From assembly GCF_004010195.1 (NCBI RefSeq), contig NC_057719.1:46356137-46420136 (forward strand): a stretch of 64,000 nt of DNA. Direction: 5' to 3'. The first letter of the stretch is position 1. The number at the start of each line of letters is the position of its first letter. Positions 36,850 through 51,156 of this stretch are shown here, one piece after another. Below the pieces are notes generated by a model. It ran no database searches. It had not been told where the DNA came from and was given only the letters and a program-made list of their open reading frames with translations. Made by a program: the position numbers and the translations under genes. The stretch comes from Chiloscyllium plagiosum (lineage: Eukaryota).

Positions 36850-37720
36850 ATTAACATGAAAGGAAAATTTGTTAATAAGATATAGATAGTCAGAAATATA
36901 ACAACAGATAGTAGAGATTTTATAAATATTTTATAAAGAAAAGCATTAATAAAGTGAGCATTGATCCAATAAAACTGAGACTGCTGAATAAATATTGGAA
37001 AATAAGCAAATAGCAGATGAATAGAACAGGTGTTTTACAGGTATTAGACAGTTTTGGTCTTCAATATAGAGAATACGAGTAACTCCCAGTATCAGTGCTG
37101 AATAAATTACTGGACCAGCAGTGTGACAAGTGCAGAGACATCATCTTAGGATTGTATAAAGAGTGGATCATGAGATCGTTGGTGAATTGGTTTTAATTTT
37201 CCAAAACTCTCTTGATTTGGGAATGCCCCCATTGGATTGGATGAAAGCAAATGTAACTCAAAAAGAGAGGGAAACAGAAACTACAGGATAGTTTAACATC
37301 TGTCATGGGGAAAATGCTAGCAGCTGTTATTAAAGAGTTTATAGCAAGGCACTTAGAAAAGTTCACGATAATCAGGGAGAATCAACATGTTTTGTGAAAG
37401 CGAAATCATGTTTTGCAAATCCATTGGCGTTGTTTAAGGAGATGGCATGTGTGGTGGAGAAAGACAAACTAGGGGATACATTGTATTTGTATTTCCAGCG
37501 GTATTTGATAAAGTGCCACATCAAAGCTCATGGTAAAGGCATACCATGTTGGCATGGATAGAAGGTTAGCTGGTAACAGGAAGCAGAAAGTAGGCATAAA
37601 TGGGACTTTATCAGATTGGCAAGATATAATTTCCACAGGGACTGGTAGTGGGACTTCAGTTGCTTACAACATACATAAATAACTTGGATGAAGGGATAGG
37701 TAGCAACCAAGGCAACCAAA
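36850..37720 (+). mobile_element. Old CR1 LINE ORF2 internal fragment
   Basis: Decayed RT-region motifs (P.DW..ANVT, SQH.FVK.KSC..N, D.LYL.FQ..FDKVPH). Confidence 0.75.
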
Positions 37721-38501
37721 TCGTCAAACTAATGCAACACAGGACAACACATATTCCTTCGATAATTAGTTAACCACCAGATCATGACAAGTTTTCAAAT
37801 ATCCAAAGCATTGCATTGAAATTTGAAATGTTAATATGTAAACTCTGTTTACCTGTTTATATAATTACCTAGTTGACAACATGTGGTCCATGTACAACCA
37901 TATATACTTATTTGGGATTTATTTAACCTTTAGAAGAAGTATGATGTTGTGTTATGTCTTACAACTTGTGTGTATACTTTCAAGATACCAGTCTGTAACA
38001 TGGCACAGGATCTGATGATATCAAAATTGCAGACTCCATCTTAATTCAGATCTTTTGAAACATTTTGTAGAAGCACGCTGCTCCATGTAACTTAAACATT
38101 TAATTTGTGCCCAGATATGGAATGCCTGTGAATGTAATATTTGTATGTATTAGTGAGCTTTAATAAATGTCTACTTGAATCTTTAATACCATGTTTTCTA
38201 GGCCTGTTGTCTTTTGTTTTGAAGGATAGCATAAGCATTGCCATATCAGGTAAGACAATTTTCGGAGGCAAAACCCATATCAAAGTCCACAGTTATAGGG
38301 AACAGGGAGGAAAGTGGAGTTCAGACCACAATGAGATCCACTGTGATATACTGGAATGGTGTGACAATTTCGTAAACATCTGTCTGGCACACGAGCCAGT
38401 CTGCCTTCCACATAGCTTTATTTACAGGGGCCAAGACAGTATAAATGCAACTCATTTTTCCCTTCCACAGACTGGTCCCTCCCAGATGGAAGCTAGTTCT
38501 T

Positions 38502-38745
38502 ATAGAGTCATAGAGTCATACAGCACGGAAACACACCCTTTAGTCCAACCAGTCCATGCCAAACATAATCCCAAACTAGTCCCACCTGCCAGCTCCTGGC
38601 CCATATCCTTCCAAACTTTTCCTATTCATTTACCTATCCAAATGTCATTTAAACGTTGTAATTGAATCTGCATCCACCACTTCCTCAGGAATTTCATTCC
38701 ACATGTGACCACCCTCTGTGGAAAGAAATAGTAGTCTCTTGTGTC
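38502..38745 (-). mobile_element. HER1-type CR1 3' end
   Basis: (ATAGAGTC)n tail and WNEIPEEVVDADSITTFK on the minus strand. Confidence 0.88.
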
Positions 38746-38859
38746 TTAAAAATGTGCCCCCTAGTCTCAAATCCCTCATTCTAATCTTAATCTTAAATAT
38801 TCTTTTGACAAAACCAATAAAACTAAAAGAACCAAACTGGACCAAATTAAAAAGTGAAC

Positions 38860-39465
38860 ATTCTCACAGACAGACAAACACACACACATTCAAACTCTCA
38901 CTCACTCTGACCCATATGCACAGACTCATACTCTCACAGACACGCACACCCTCCCTCACTCTCTCTCTCTCTCACACACACACACGTCAATGAGGTGAAT
39001 TTGCATTTGCAGGTTTGCATCTGCAGATACATTGTATTTTGTTCAAAAAGCACACAAGCTGTAGGCAGTCAGTCCATGTGACATTTTATAAATCCCTTCT
39101 TTGGAAATAGAACCTGTGTGATTCAAGGTTAGGATACAGACAGACTCTAACTTCACATCTTTAATGCATTGCCTGAGCTGAGATGTCACTTTGTTTTAGA
39201 TACTGATACAACTTTAAGTTATCTCAGGGCTGTGACTTGAAGAAAATTCTGGAATTAATCAATTTCAATCAATCAATCGAAACCTGCTTGCCCATTCTAA
39301 GTGATTAAGGACTTAACAGCAATCTAGATTTGTTCAATACATTGCATCCGCTGTATGACACTTTGATCTTTTACTGTGTCCTATGATCCTGATGAGGGAG
39401 CAGTGCACCGAAAGCTTGTACTTTCAAATAAACCTGTTGGACTGTAACCTGGTGTTGTGTGATTA
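38860..39465 (+). mobile_element. Penelope-like 3' region (family D) with CA/CT microsatellite and hammerhead motif at 39388-39418
   Basis: C-CTGATGA-G-GGAGC-AGT-GCACC-GAAA-GC-TT-G, then caaataaacctgttggactgtaacctggtgttgtgtga, shared with 63293-63487. Microsatellite at ~38865-38985. Confidence 0.7.
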
Positions 39466-39798
39466 ATCTCTGAAAGGAATAGTGTAACAAAAATAATGAT
39501 CAAAACAAAATTAAGATTACATTAAAATGGAATAAGTTGTACATTAGCAAAAGAGAACCTGTTCACACGCCACTGCTTCTTATAGAAAATATAATTTTAG
39601 TTGGCCTGTTCAGACATGTGTAACAGGTGGGACCTGAACTGAGACCTTCTGCTAGGAACAAGATCATTTCTCCACAAGAGCTCCTCCACTGATTCTTATA
39701 CACATGCCTAACCTTGCCCCAGTTAGTATCAGATACTCAAACACATCTAGTGAATGAACATGTCCACACCCAGCAGAGACACAACATTTACAACACTA

Positions 39799-39940
39799 GA
39801 TAAAAACTGAAAGAAATGTGGATGCTCTGGTTCAGAAACAAAAACAGAAGTTTCTGGAAAAGCTCAACAGATTAGACTGCATCTGTGAAGAGAAATCAGA
39901 GTTAATGTTTCGGGTCCGGTGACCCTTCCTCGGAGCTCCC
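39799..39940 (-). mobile_element. Short Penelope-like pLTR fragment (family C) with hammerhead motif at 39901-39936
   Basis: Reverse complement GCT-CCGAGGA-A-GGGTC-ACCG-GACCC-GAAA-CA-TT-AAC, with a perfect 5-bp helix II. TSD TTTA(C/T)AACACTA at 39787-39798 and 39941-39952. Confidence 0.8.
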
Positions 39941-40871
39941 TTTATAACACTAACATGGTAGAGCAGAATTAAAGGACTAACTGACCCAGTCCTGGTCCTA
40001 TATCAGACCTTTTTACAATGATATGTAAAATATGGGCTGAACTGGCATTTCATCTTGAAATCCCATCCTGGACACCTTGAAGGCTCTAAAGCATCTGAAT
40101 GGGCCAGTTTTGTGAAAAATAAACTTTATAAACAAATATGTTGCTGAAACACAGCTTTGAAACTTAAACCGTTTCTTCAAAACAAATTCTATTGGGTATG
40201 CCTGGTATTATAGGTTTATTTTCTTCAGTTTGGGCACAGTTGCATTTTTAAAATAGGAGTGATGTTCTCTTTTAGGAAATCATTAAATTGGTTTGACGAT
40301 TTCTGTCACAGTATGTAAGCAAAGGGTACAGCACTAATGCATTTTTCAAAATTAGAAGAATTACACTGTGATTCATACCGATAATTACAGCAGATTCTCA
40401 AGTCTAAATGTAAGTACCGGAAGAGGTATCAAAGATCAAAATTTTCTAGGCTGCATTCTTGCTGAGAGTAATTTCTCAGTCACTGATACTGCTAATTGTG
40501 TTTTTGTATACTGCAATACAAGTGATGGAAGATTGAGTATATTTCCAGTGTAGGTTATTGCCAAACCTATGTCACTACATCATCAGCCTGACTTTTCTTT
40601 GTTTAACAGTTGTTTAATTTCAATGCTAGAACCAAACAATGAAGCAGCAGTAAGTGAGCTATCTGGTCAATCTTGCCTGTGCCAGTTCTCTGAAGGAATT
40701 ACCACATCCAGAGGGGTTACCATTAACTAGACATTGAACTAGGCCAAGAAATAAATTCTGTGACTACAAGTGCAGAGTATTCTGCAGTGAGGATTTCACA
40801 AAGCCTGCACATCACCTATTGTAAGTGGTATTGTTGAATCAAACACTGAGAATACTGCAGATACCCAGCAG

Positions 40872-41050
40872 ATTTAGATTAGATTAGATTACTTTAGATT
40901 AGATTACTTTACAGTGTGGAAACAGGCCCTTCGGCCCAACAAGTCCACACCGACCCGCCGAAGCGAAACCCACCCATACCCCTACATTTACCCCTTACCT
41001 AACACTACGGGCAATTTAGTATGGCCAATTCACCTGACCCTGCACATCTT
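40872..41050 (-). mobile_element. Young 5'-truncated HE1-type SINE inserted in a family-C pLTR remnant (40850-41122)
   Basis: (AGATT)n tail and CpG-rich HE1 3' half. The flanks join as cagcag|atctggcagcatc, with a decayed hammerhead at ~41080-41120 on the minus strand. Confidence 0.88.
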
Positions 41051-41374
41051 TATCTGGCAGCATCAATAGAGAGAGAAAGAGAATTAATGTTTCAAGTTTG
41101 GTATGACTCTTTTTTCAGAACTGCGAATAAAGTCAACGTACTGCAGATGCTGGAAATCTGAAACAAACACAGAGATACACAGAGTGTTATTGAAAACTCT
41201 ACACTGAATGAATGCAGCTTCAACAATATTTAAGAAATTGGTATAATCCAGGCCAAATTCATTGGTATCCCATCCATCATCTTAAATATTCACTCCCTTC
41301 CACATTGTTTAAATACTTCTACTGCTATTTTCAAAATCAAATAAATGCAAATGGCCAACATTTCAGTAATTGCA

Positions 41375-41600
41375 GAGGCAAAAGTGTGGACAGCAGATGC
41401 TGGAAACCAGAGTTTAGATCAGAGTGGTGCTGGAAAAGCACAGCAGGTCAGGCAGCATCCGAGGAGCAGGAAAATCAACGTTTCAGGCAAAAGCCCTGAA
41501 GGGATCCCTGATGAAGGGGTTTTGCCCGAAACGTCAATTTTCCTGCTCCTCAGATGCTGCCTGACCTGCTGTGCTTTTCCAGCACCACTCTGATCTAAAC
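41375..41600. mobile_element. Palindromic Penelope-like pLTR insertion (family B) with hammerhead motif at 41505-41537 (+)
   Basis: ~86-bp inverted arms (41411-41496 and 41515-41601). CTGATGA-A-GGGG-TTTT-GCCC-GAAA-CG-TC. Imperfect 14-bp flanking repeat at 41361-41374 and 41601-41614. Confidence 0.85.
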
Positions 41601-42729
41601 TTCCAGCAATTGCATGACATTTCAAGTTACAACAAGGCCTCTATATCTAGTGCGGCGCATTAAATTGATCTGTAGTTGAAAAAATCAGCTACTGTTTTCT
41701 ACTGGCTCAAATAAAGCCTTTAAACACAATTGATGGAATCTTGTTTTTTCGAGAGACTAGATGTGAATTTGGGCTTGGTTTATTTTGCATGATTCTGTTC
41801 TTCTCAGCTGATTGCATACACAGACGTGAGTAGAACAGTAAAACCCGAGCAGATGGGCAGAAGGTTCTGAAGGCCACCAGGACCTTCCAGGGATCAGCTT
41901 TGAACAGCATATGGAAAAGGTATATGAAAAGAAGTTTATTCTTTGCACATAAGGAACATTACTCAACCTCTATCAGTTGCTCTCAGCCACCCTTGGAGAT
42001 GTCTGACACCAGATGGAATGTAGCTTCACACTTCAGCAATGCTCCTCTATATATTCTCCATCAGGAGAAAAAGGGTGTACTATTTCTGTAGGATCCAACA
42101 GGAGACATCCCAGTTGATAAAGGCAGCCTGAGTTGAGGTTGCTGAGGAGGGCATAGAACCTGGCTTCAGAGTCACAAGAGGATGAGTGCTGTCTTGTGCT
42201 CCACCAGGGTTAGTGCCGCTTTCTACTCAATGCTAACTCACACTCAGAGAGGCATAAGCATTGCAAGTTGTCACTGCAGAAGACTGTCACACACAAGACT
42301 GGGTACCTGTCTTGCCTGGTCAGACGCTTCATGAGCACTGAATGTGTCTCAACTAACTAGAGCTAGCAATGTAACACTAGTTGCACACAATGGTACTGCC
42401 TTGCAATCATGTGCCAGGGCTCACAGTTAAAACAAAATGGAAGCTCCAACACTCTGTTGCTCAGGCATCATTAGTCCATTGATGGTTCCTTTCAACTAAG
42501 ACAGTGTACATGTCTAATACATTTTCATTTAATGGTTACATGGGACAAAAACATAGCCATAGTTTCCATCTGGCTATCTCAGTGGTTTCTCCGTCACACA
42601 CATCATACAGTCTTTTATTGTTTTTCATGATGATACAGCATCACCATTCATTCAGAGTTCTCACTCCTAAGATGGCCGATATCCTATCTTTCTCAAGGTC
42701 AGTCAGCTCAACTCCCAAACATCTCTGCA

Positions 42730-43560
42730 AAAGTTTCTCAGGGTAATGTCCATGACCCAACCATCTTCAGTTGCTTCAGCAATGACCTTCCCTCCATCAT
42801 AAGGTCAGACATGGAGATTTTCACCAATGTTTGCACAATGTTCAGCATCACTCATAACTCCTCAGATACTGAAGCAGTCCATTCCATGCAGTGCAAGACC
42901 TAGATAGCATCAAGCATGAGCTGGGAGATGGCAAATGGCACTCATGCTACACAAGTCCCAGGCAACAACTATCTCCAAGAAGCTAGAATTTAAGCATTGT
43001 CCCTCGATGTTCAATAGCACTACTATTGCTCAAGCCTCCACAATCAACATCCTGCAGGTTATCAGACAATAGAAATTGAACTGAACCAATCCTGTAAATA
43101 TTGTGGTTACAAGAGTGGTTTAGAGGCTAGGAATTCTGTAGTGAGCACCTCCTGTCTTTTCAGAGCTGATCCACCATTTATAACATACATGTCAGGAGAG
43201 TGATAGAATATTCTCCGCTTGCCTGAGTGTAGCTCCAACAACTCTCAAGAAGCTTGACATCATCTAGAACAAAACAGTGCATTTGATTGGCACCCCAACC
43301 AACATTTAGCATCTACTCCCTCCACCAGCTATGTACAGTAGCAGCAGTGTGTACCATCTACTAGATGCATTGGAGTAACTCCATATGACTCCTCAGATAG
43401 CACCTTCCAAACTCTGCCACTGAGAAGGGCAAGGGCAGCGGGTGTATGGTTGCCCTCCATGACTCACACAAAATCCCTGACTGGAATCTATACCAACTGA
43501 ACAAAAACCTTTTCCCTTTTGTTCAGGTGTTAAGGAACACAAATTCCAAAATCTCACAGG
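42730..43560 (+). mobile_element. Second CR1-clade LINE family, RT domain to 3' region
   Basis: Translates to VSQGNVHDPTIFSCFSNDLPSIIRSDMEIFTNVCTMFS, a decayed GVPQGSVLGP...FINDLP...FADD. Confidence 0.85.
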
Positions 43561-45057
43561 TACCAATGTCGTCCCACTCCCCCTGCCCCCAAACCTCAAA
43601 CATCATCTCTTTTGGAGATCTTCCAAATATAGTTTCCTACTGGTGGTGCACTCTGCAACGTGGGTCAGTGCTTCCTAAGTTGTCTGCTAGTGCATTGTAG
43701 AAGTCTCATGATAGCTGTGAGGCATTGACAAATTCTGGATGCAAATGTAGGTGGATGAGGGGTATATGTGGCTGGAGCATGTGGATCATATCCTGGGCTG
43801 CATTTTGGTTATAGGCAACATGGAGTTCTTTCAGAGCAAGCAGCAAGTGGAAGTGGCTAGGTACACACAATGGATTCCTTGTCATATTTTCTTAATGTCT
43901 AGCTTGTTTGGTAAGTTTGGTAAGATAGATAAAACTGAATATTAATGAGGTGAGCTGGGTCATTGACAAGGTATTTAACGAGCAATAATCTCCCTTAATT
44001 AATAAATCATTATGCCACTTGTCAAATACATAAGACATGCAGTGAGATCTTTCGGATAACATGATCAGCCTCACTAGAGCTCTCATCCGTTTGTGCCAAA
44101 AATCTCACCATCGTCCACATTGTCCAGACCCCAATAAAATTCCATCCCCTGACTTATTGACAAGTTGTGATCTGTTGTTCTGACACCTGATATCAGTCAA
44201 TACATCTTATATTCAGACATGATTGCAAGGACTCTCGGGAGCTGTACTGAATACATGTGCTCCCTATGAAAGTTGGTATAGATTTCATTGTCTCCACCCC
44301 CAGGCACTGTGGGACATTAATAGTACAGGTTGAGCTTTACATGAACTCTTTTCGAACCATCACCATACAGAATACACACCAAGTCTTGGCCAAGTCATAT
44401 TGCACAGAAAGTTAATCTCTGCTGGAGGTATGCAGCACTGACAGACTGCCATGTCAATCAGTGTGCAATGTTGATCTGACATCAGTTCTGCCTTTTTGGC
44501 ACTTAATGCTACAGTCAATGCTGTCTCCTAGCCTCAGCAGCTGAATAGATTTCCAGCAGCTCAGAAGGCATTGACCACTGGCTCTGTTTAAAAGCATCAT
44601 CAGATATCTGACAAGTGAGTTGCTGCTGTATTTCCTTTCATTGTTGCTACAGTTCTAAAATTATTAATGATTATCTGAGCTGTTATCTAAATCGAAAAAG
44701 GTCGGTGCGGCAGGTTTTATTGACTTCAATGCTTCTGCTCAAACAGATGCGCCCAAATATGGGAGCAATAATAGACTCCTTTTTTGGAATAGAGCATGAC
44801 TAATAATTCTGATAATTGCCAACGCTCTCTCCTCCGTGAGGATTAGAGGTTGTAAGTGTGCCTCCTACTTTCTGATTAGTTTCTGCTGCTTGCCACAGCC
44901 TTGTCTTGTAAGAGAGAGGTTAATGTGCTAGAGTGTGGCCCGTTCTGTTTGATAAGGCTGTCATAGTTGAATAGCTGACAGCATATGCAATCTGCAAGAT
45001 GTTGAAATGAAACTGGCAGCAGTGGTAAGTGCATGGAGTTGAGGTAAAACATATATA

Positions 45058-45505
45058 TAGAGTCTAGAGATGTACAGCATTGAAACAGACCCAACCCGTC
45101 CATGCCAACTAGATATCCCACCCCAATCTAGTCCCACCTGCCAGCACCCGACCCATATCCCTCCAAACCCTTCCTATTCATATACCCATCCAAATGCCTC
45201 TTAAATGTTGCAATTGTACAAGCCTCCACCACATCCTCTGGCAGCTCATTCCTCTGCATGAAAAAGTTGCCCCTTAGGTCTCTTTTATATCTTTCCCCTC
45301 TCACTCTAAATCTATGCCCGCTAGTTCTGGACTCCCCAACCCCAGGGAAAAGACTTTGTCTATTTATCGTATCCATGTCCCTCATAATATTATAAACCTC
45401 TATAAGGTCACCCCTCAACCTCCGATGCTCCAGGGAAAACAGCCCCAGCCTGTTCAGCCTCTCCCTGTAGCTCAGATCCTCCAATCCTGGCAACATTCTT
45501 GTAAA
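45058..45505 (-). mobile_element. HER1-type CR1 3' end
   Basis: ORF 45128..45496 (MLPGLEDLSYRERLNRLGLFSLEHRRLRGDLIEVY). Confidence 0.95.
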
Positions 45506-46079
45506 TGGTTATATAATTGAGAAGGTTACTTTGCATCTTCAAATGTGGACCCCAAAGCAGCCATAACTATTACCTCTGTGTCAGCAATGTTTCAGTGAAT
45601 TTCACTGTTACAAAGCTGGAGCTGGTCTAACACTGCAGGAACATCCAATTCCTTAAACTTCATAGAATTAATATCTTATTTAAGATACATTTTCTAGATC
45701 AATTACAGTTCAAATGATTATTTTCATTTGAAACAGATCGAGTGAATTTAGTAAAATGTCACCACATCTCAGAATTTATTGTTGTTGCACTTGTTTCTGT
45801 TAGATTTTGTGAAAATAATTGTCTGAACATAGCATATATTAAGACCTTAGCACATCCCAATAATTAATTATTTTTAATTTTGAACCACTATATACATAGA
45901 TGGCAACTAATCTATCCACAATCAGATTCCACAAACTGCAACTGAGTGAATGATAATCTGTTATGATAGTACTAGATGAGGGGTGAACTTTGGGCACTAG
46001 AGTATTTTTTTCTGCCTTATAGGGAAAGAGTGCTGTGAGATTTGTTCAGTATTAAAATGCTACAAATTTGTGCATTTTT

Positions 46080-46290
46080 TAACACAACAAACTACATTTT
46101 GTAGTAACGTTGTTGTAATTCAACTTCCCAAGATACTTCAGAGAAACATTATCAAATAAAATTTGATACTGATCCACCGAAGGAGATATACAGACTAGTG
46201 ATCAAACGTTTAGTCAGCAAGGCAGATTTCAAGGATTATTCAATATATTAAAAGATGAAGGAGAGCAGGAGGAAATTTGTGAGCTTAAAG
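46080..46290 (-). mobile_element. L2-like LINE 3' end; related copy at 50455-50536 plus 51158-51240, split by HER1
   Basis: Shared ttgttgtaat.caacttcccaag.tactt...aaacattatcaaa and gtgatcaaa...ttggtca blocks. Confidence 0.55.
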
Positions 46291-48379
46291 CCTCATTTTA
46301 TTTTTTATTTATTTGCAAGATGCGGGTGTCACTAGCTAGGCCAGCATTTATTGTTCATCACTCATTGCCTGGAGGGCAGTTAGGAGTTGACTATATTGTT
46401 GTGGATCTGGAGTTACATATACACAAGTCCAGGTAAGCAGACTATTAGCAAACTAGATAGATTTTTAACAATTGATGGTCACACAGTTACCATTAGGTCA
46501 GGTCTCTATTCTAGATTTTTATTGAATTCAACTTTCACCATCAGCTGTGGAATTTGAACCCATGTCCCCAAAATATTGGCATGGCATTCTGGATTGTTAG
46601 TCCAGTGATATTATCATTACACCACTACCAACCCCTTGAATGCATGTCACCAATGGAAGTTTGGGGTGCACCAGAGACCCAACTGGACATCAAACATAGC
46701 TAAAGGCAATTCTTCCATTTAACAATGATCTAGGCAACAGGAGATTTATAAGTACTATAAATACCATAAGAAATGATAATATACACTTAACAGCATGATT
46801 TATGTCTCTGAAAATTAAAAAAAATGTATGCACTATTCTTGCATACAATATGGTGTGATTCAGAACTTACGTACTTGCAATCCATTTTCACAAATCCTTG
46901 AAAGATGCAAGATAATTGACTGCTTCCTAACCAACCTTTGTTAGGATTTCTAATCTAATACCTAACTTTTCAAGATTTCTAATCTAAAGCTTGTTTGTCC
47001 AAACCTCCAATCATTTAGAAATCTTCTGTACAATGTAATGGTAGAAAAACAATAAAGTCTTTGCAAAGCTTAATTTCTAAATTAAAATGATCAATCTGAA
47101 TATAACAGATTAATGAACAAGGCCGCATTTTGAAAAGAATGGTTGAAGAAGTGTGAGAAAAGTTTCAGTTGCCTAGACCAGAATAAAACTGGAACAATGT
47201 AAAATATTTCCAGAGTCTGCTGTGAATATCTCTTGGTCACTGAACCAGAATCCCACATGGATTTACTCAGAGACCAGGTTTCCTGTAATGTTTCCGGACC
47301 TCTATCTTCAACACTCAAGTTAACGGATGTCAAGTGAGCTTAACACCATTGCCAAAGCAATAGGAAACAAAATCCTGCCACCAAGTGGGCAGTTTCAGAA
47401 AACCAACAAAAATCAAAGACAGACTTCAATTTTGTCTTTGCTAAATTTTAACATTTTTAGTCCGTTGTTAAGCATGACAAAATTGCTGCTGTCTTTACTG
47501 TATTCTTTAGTCTCACTTACGCTTCATTATTTAGTTGTTCTAAGAAACCTCTGTGGTAGTTTCCGATCTGGCTATGAAGAGCTTGGCTATAAGCCTTCAA
47601 ATGAATACAAGTATTACTGTAACCAGATTTAGTTCCCCTTACTTGGCAAGGTCTGTACTCCTGCTGATTGAAGCTTCAAAGCAAAAATGTCAATACATCT
47701 GGAATGCTGCCATAAAGCACCAACATTCTGTCAAGTGCACCAAGTTCACATCACTCACACAATCACTGTCAAATAAAAATGTTAACATATCTCAATGCAC
47801 CTGTTTTTTAGACAAAAATACTCCTTTGTCACAATTTGACATTTTTCATTACTTGTTTTTTTCTGTTTTGTTTCCTACACATCATGACTGTAATAACTGT
47901 GAAGTTATCATCTATTTCATCTCAGTTGTAGGCCAGCCTTGAAATGGCATTTGTTTTATAAAGAAATTAAGAGCTAAATGAAAGCATTTTTCCCCCGTCA
48001 CTTTCTCCACTTGAGGTAAGCATCAGCAAACTCTTTCAATCATATCTCATGTTGTTCTTTCTCTATTCTATAAACGAAAATTATAAGTACTCTCTTGGTC
48101 AGTCTTCCATTTTCAACAACATAAAATTGAGTTTATTCATAATTCTGCTGGCCTATTGTAACTTTGACCATTGCTCTTTAAACCATAAATTTTGTCCGCC
48201 AACCCACACTGATTCCTAATCATTAATACCTTGACTATTTTCTCTTATTTTCAATTTCCTCTGTGTATCATTTTCCTAAACTTTCTGCCTCCTCTAATGA
48301 CACTCCGGTTTCAATGATTCCCCCCATTATGCCTTCTCACCCCAAACAGCTCCACTTCGCTACCTCTCTTTTCTTGGAA

Positions 48380-49100
48380 CGTAGGACAAAATTAGTCAAT
48401 TTGACTTTTTGAGTCTGCTGCACCATTCAATAACATCATGACTGATTGTGGTCTCATCTTCACCTTTCTGTCTGTATCAGATAACCCTTGACTCCTTTGA
48501 CACTCAAAAATCTATCTAACTCAGGCTAAATTCAAGCACCCAGCTTCCATGACCTTCTGGGGAAGTGGTCTCGACATACTAATAACTTTTGAGGGAAACA
48601 TTTTCTCCTCATTTCTGTTACAAATAAGAACTCTTATTCTTAATCTATGTCCCCTGGTTATAGTCTCCCCTTCAATTGAAAACACTCTGTATATATGATC
48701 CTTCAGGTGTTATATTTTTCAATAAAATCACCTTTCACTCTTCAAAGTTCTAATAACTCTAACACGTTCAACCTTTCTTCATGAAATAAACCTTTAATCT
48801 CAGGAATACATTGAGTGAACCTTCTCTGAACGGTTCTAATTTTTTTTAACTAAGGAGATCCAAATTGTCCACAGTACTCCAGATGTGGTCTCATCAAGAC
48901 ATTGCACAACTGCAGACAAGCATCCTTACTTTTATATTTCATTCCCCTTACAAGAAATGACAACATTCTATTTGCCTTCCTAATCATTTGCTGAACCTGC
49001 AAGCTAACTTTATATGATTCATCTACCAAGGCTTCCAAATCCCTCTGTAGTTCCAAGTTTTCCAATCACTCTCTATTTAAATAATATACTGCTTTTGTAA
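48380..49100 (-). mobile_element. Old CR1 LINE 3' fragment
   Basis: ORF 48850..49065 (QRDLEALVDES.KVSLQVQQMIRKANRML...RPHLEYCGQF). Confidence 0.88.
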
Positions 49101-50537
49101 ACTATTGTTTTGCTTTCATTAAGAGTGTCTTGAAAATCTATTTCTGCTCAGATCTCAATTTTTCTTTTTGATAGCTGTAGTCGGAAACACCCTGGGACGG
49201 TTTATAAGTAGTAAAGGCACTGGAAATATACAAGTCTAGATTGTTGGACACATCAAATTTGTGATGCCTATGTGTATCTGTTAAAGCCATTTAATATCAA
49301 ACTTTGGAGATCAATGTAGATGCTGTTTCTTAAAATATACCATTACCAGTACAATTTCAAACTCTCTGTATTAAAAAAGCATGAACTCATATCGTAACAG
49401 TCACTCTTGTCAAACATAACACACACAATACTAGTTAAATGCCCATGGGGGGAATTTTTAATAATTTGAAGGCTGCACTATTGCGTTAATATTGTATTGC
49501 AGGGTACATATTTGTTAAACTTACTGGTTCCAATATCAATAAATGAATTGATTCAATCTTCTAAAACATCAAGACACAATTCTTTTGCTTTTGTTGGCAT
49601 TATCTTGAATGATCTAATTCAAATGCCATGAAGTACAAATTCATTCTGTTGATTAATAACAAGACCTTTGGCCACATATCACACCAAGTTCCTAAAATAT
49701 GTGGTTCAGTTCACCCCTTGCAGCTACAATGAAATCTGCAACATAATGATTTTTTTTAAACTTTAACAGAATTGCTGGTAGATTATGAAGCTAAAAAAAG
49801 TTGACTTGGTCATGTCATTCAAGGTACCATGTGTATCAAAGTTTTAAATAATATACCTACCACAAATCTCCTCACAGGTGGTCTGAATTTGTTCATACTG
49901 GTCCTGCAAGTAGATTTAATATTTCATAAGGACTGCTCCATCTCATGCCTATGTTATTGACACCACATGGAGGTCAGGAAATTGGTTCTTTCTGGGAACA
50001 GTTTGCAGAAATATGCAGGCTGTTGACTTCTTTCTCATGGGGTGCATTAACAGAGAGGCTCACGATTACTAGTAATGATCCTTCTCCAGATGTTTGCAGC
50101 CTTTTAACTCTATCTTCAATTTAATTCTGAAAAACAAATTAGACAGGATGAATTTTTAGATACATTACCCTAACTTTATAAACTTTTATTTCTCGTTATA
50201 GGAACCCTTTCGTATCGGAGGTCTTGAGGCAGAATGGGTAGTGCCCCTGCCTGTGAGTCGGAAGCTTCTGGGTTTGAGCCCCAATCCAGAATTAGATGGG
50301 AGTTGCTTTCTAACAAGTTAGCTAATTCTCCTTTCAAAAATTTAAACAGAAGAAAGTTCAGAGAATTATTTTACAACGATGACCTCTGAAACATTCTAAT
50401 ATTCTTTGGATCCATGTGATCCAGAACGTTTGGTCATTGTACATTTTGCAATGCACAACAACAAATTACATTTTATAGTGCCATTGTTGTAATCCAACTT
50501 CCCAAGGTACTTTGGGGAAACATTATCAAACAAAAGT

Positions 50538-51156
50538 CAGAGTTTTGAGTACAGGAGTGGGGGGTCATGTTGCGGCTGTACAGGGCATTGGTTAGGCTGC
50601 TGTTGGAATATTGCGTGCAATTCTGGTCTCCTTCCTATCAGAAAGATGTTGTGAAATTTGAAAGGGTTCAGAAAAGATTTACAAGGATGTTGCCAGGGTT
50701 GGAGGATTTGAGCTATTGGGAGAAGCTGAATAGGCTGGGGCTGTTTTCTCTGGAGCATCAGAGGCTGAGGGGTGACCTTATAGAGGTTTATAAAATCATG
50801 AGGGGCATGGATAGGGAAAATAGACAAAGTAATTTCCCTGGGGTGAGGGAGTCCAAAATGAGAAGGCATAGGTTTAGGGTGAGAGGGGAAAACTATAGAA
50901 GGGACCTAAGGGGCAACTTTTTCGCGCAGAGGGTTGTGCGTGTATGGAATGAGCTGCCAGAGATAGTGGTGGAGGCTAGTACAGTTGCAACATTTAAAAG
51001 GCATCTGGATGGGTATATGAATAGGAGGGGTTTAGAGAGATATGGGCCAAGTGCTGGCAAATGGGATTAGATTAGGTTAGGATATCTGATCAGCATGGCC
51101 GAGTTGGACCGAAGAGTTTGTTTCCGTGCTGTACATATCTATGACTCTATGACTCT
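50538..51156 (+). mobile_element. HER1-type CR1 3' end (young)
   Basis: Uninterrupted 167-aa ORF 50567..51070 of the CR1 ORF2 C-terminus and a (CTATGACT)n tail. Confidence 0.96.

Noticed and set aside
47214..47333. 120-nt plus-strand candidate exon with an open frame
   Set aside because: Weak acceptor and unrecognised peptide; expected by chance in 64 kb.
50567..51070. 167-aa intact ORF as a domesticated gene
   Set aside because: 5'-truncated young HER1 copy, similar to several others in the window.
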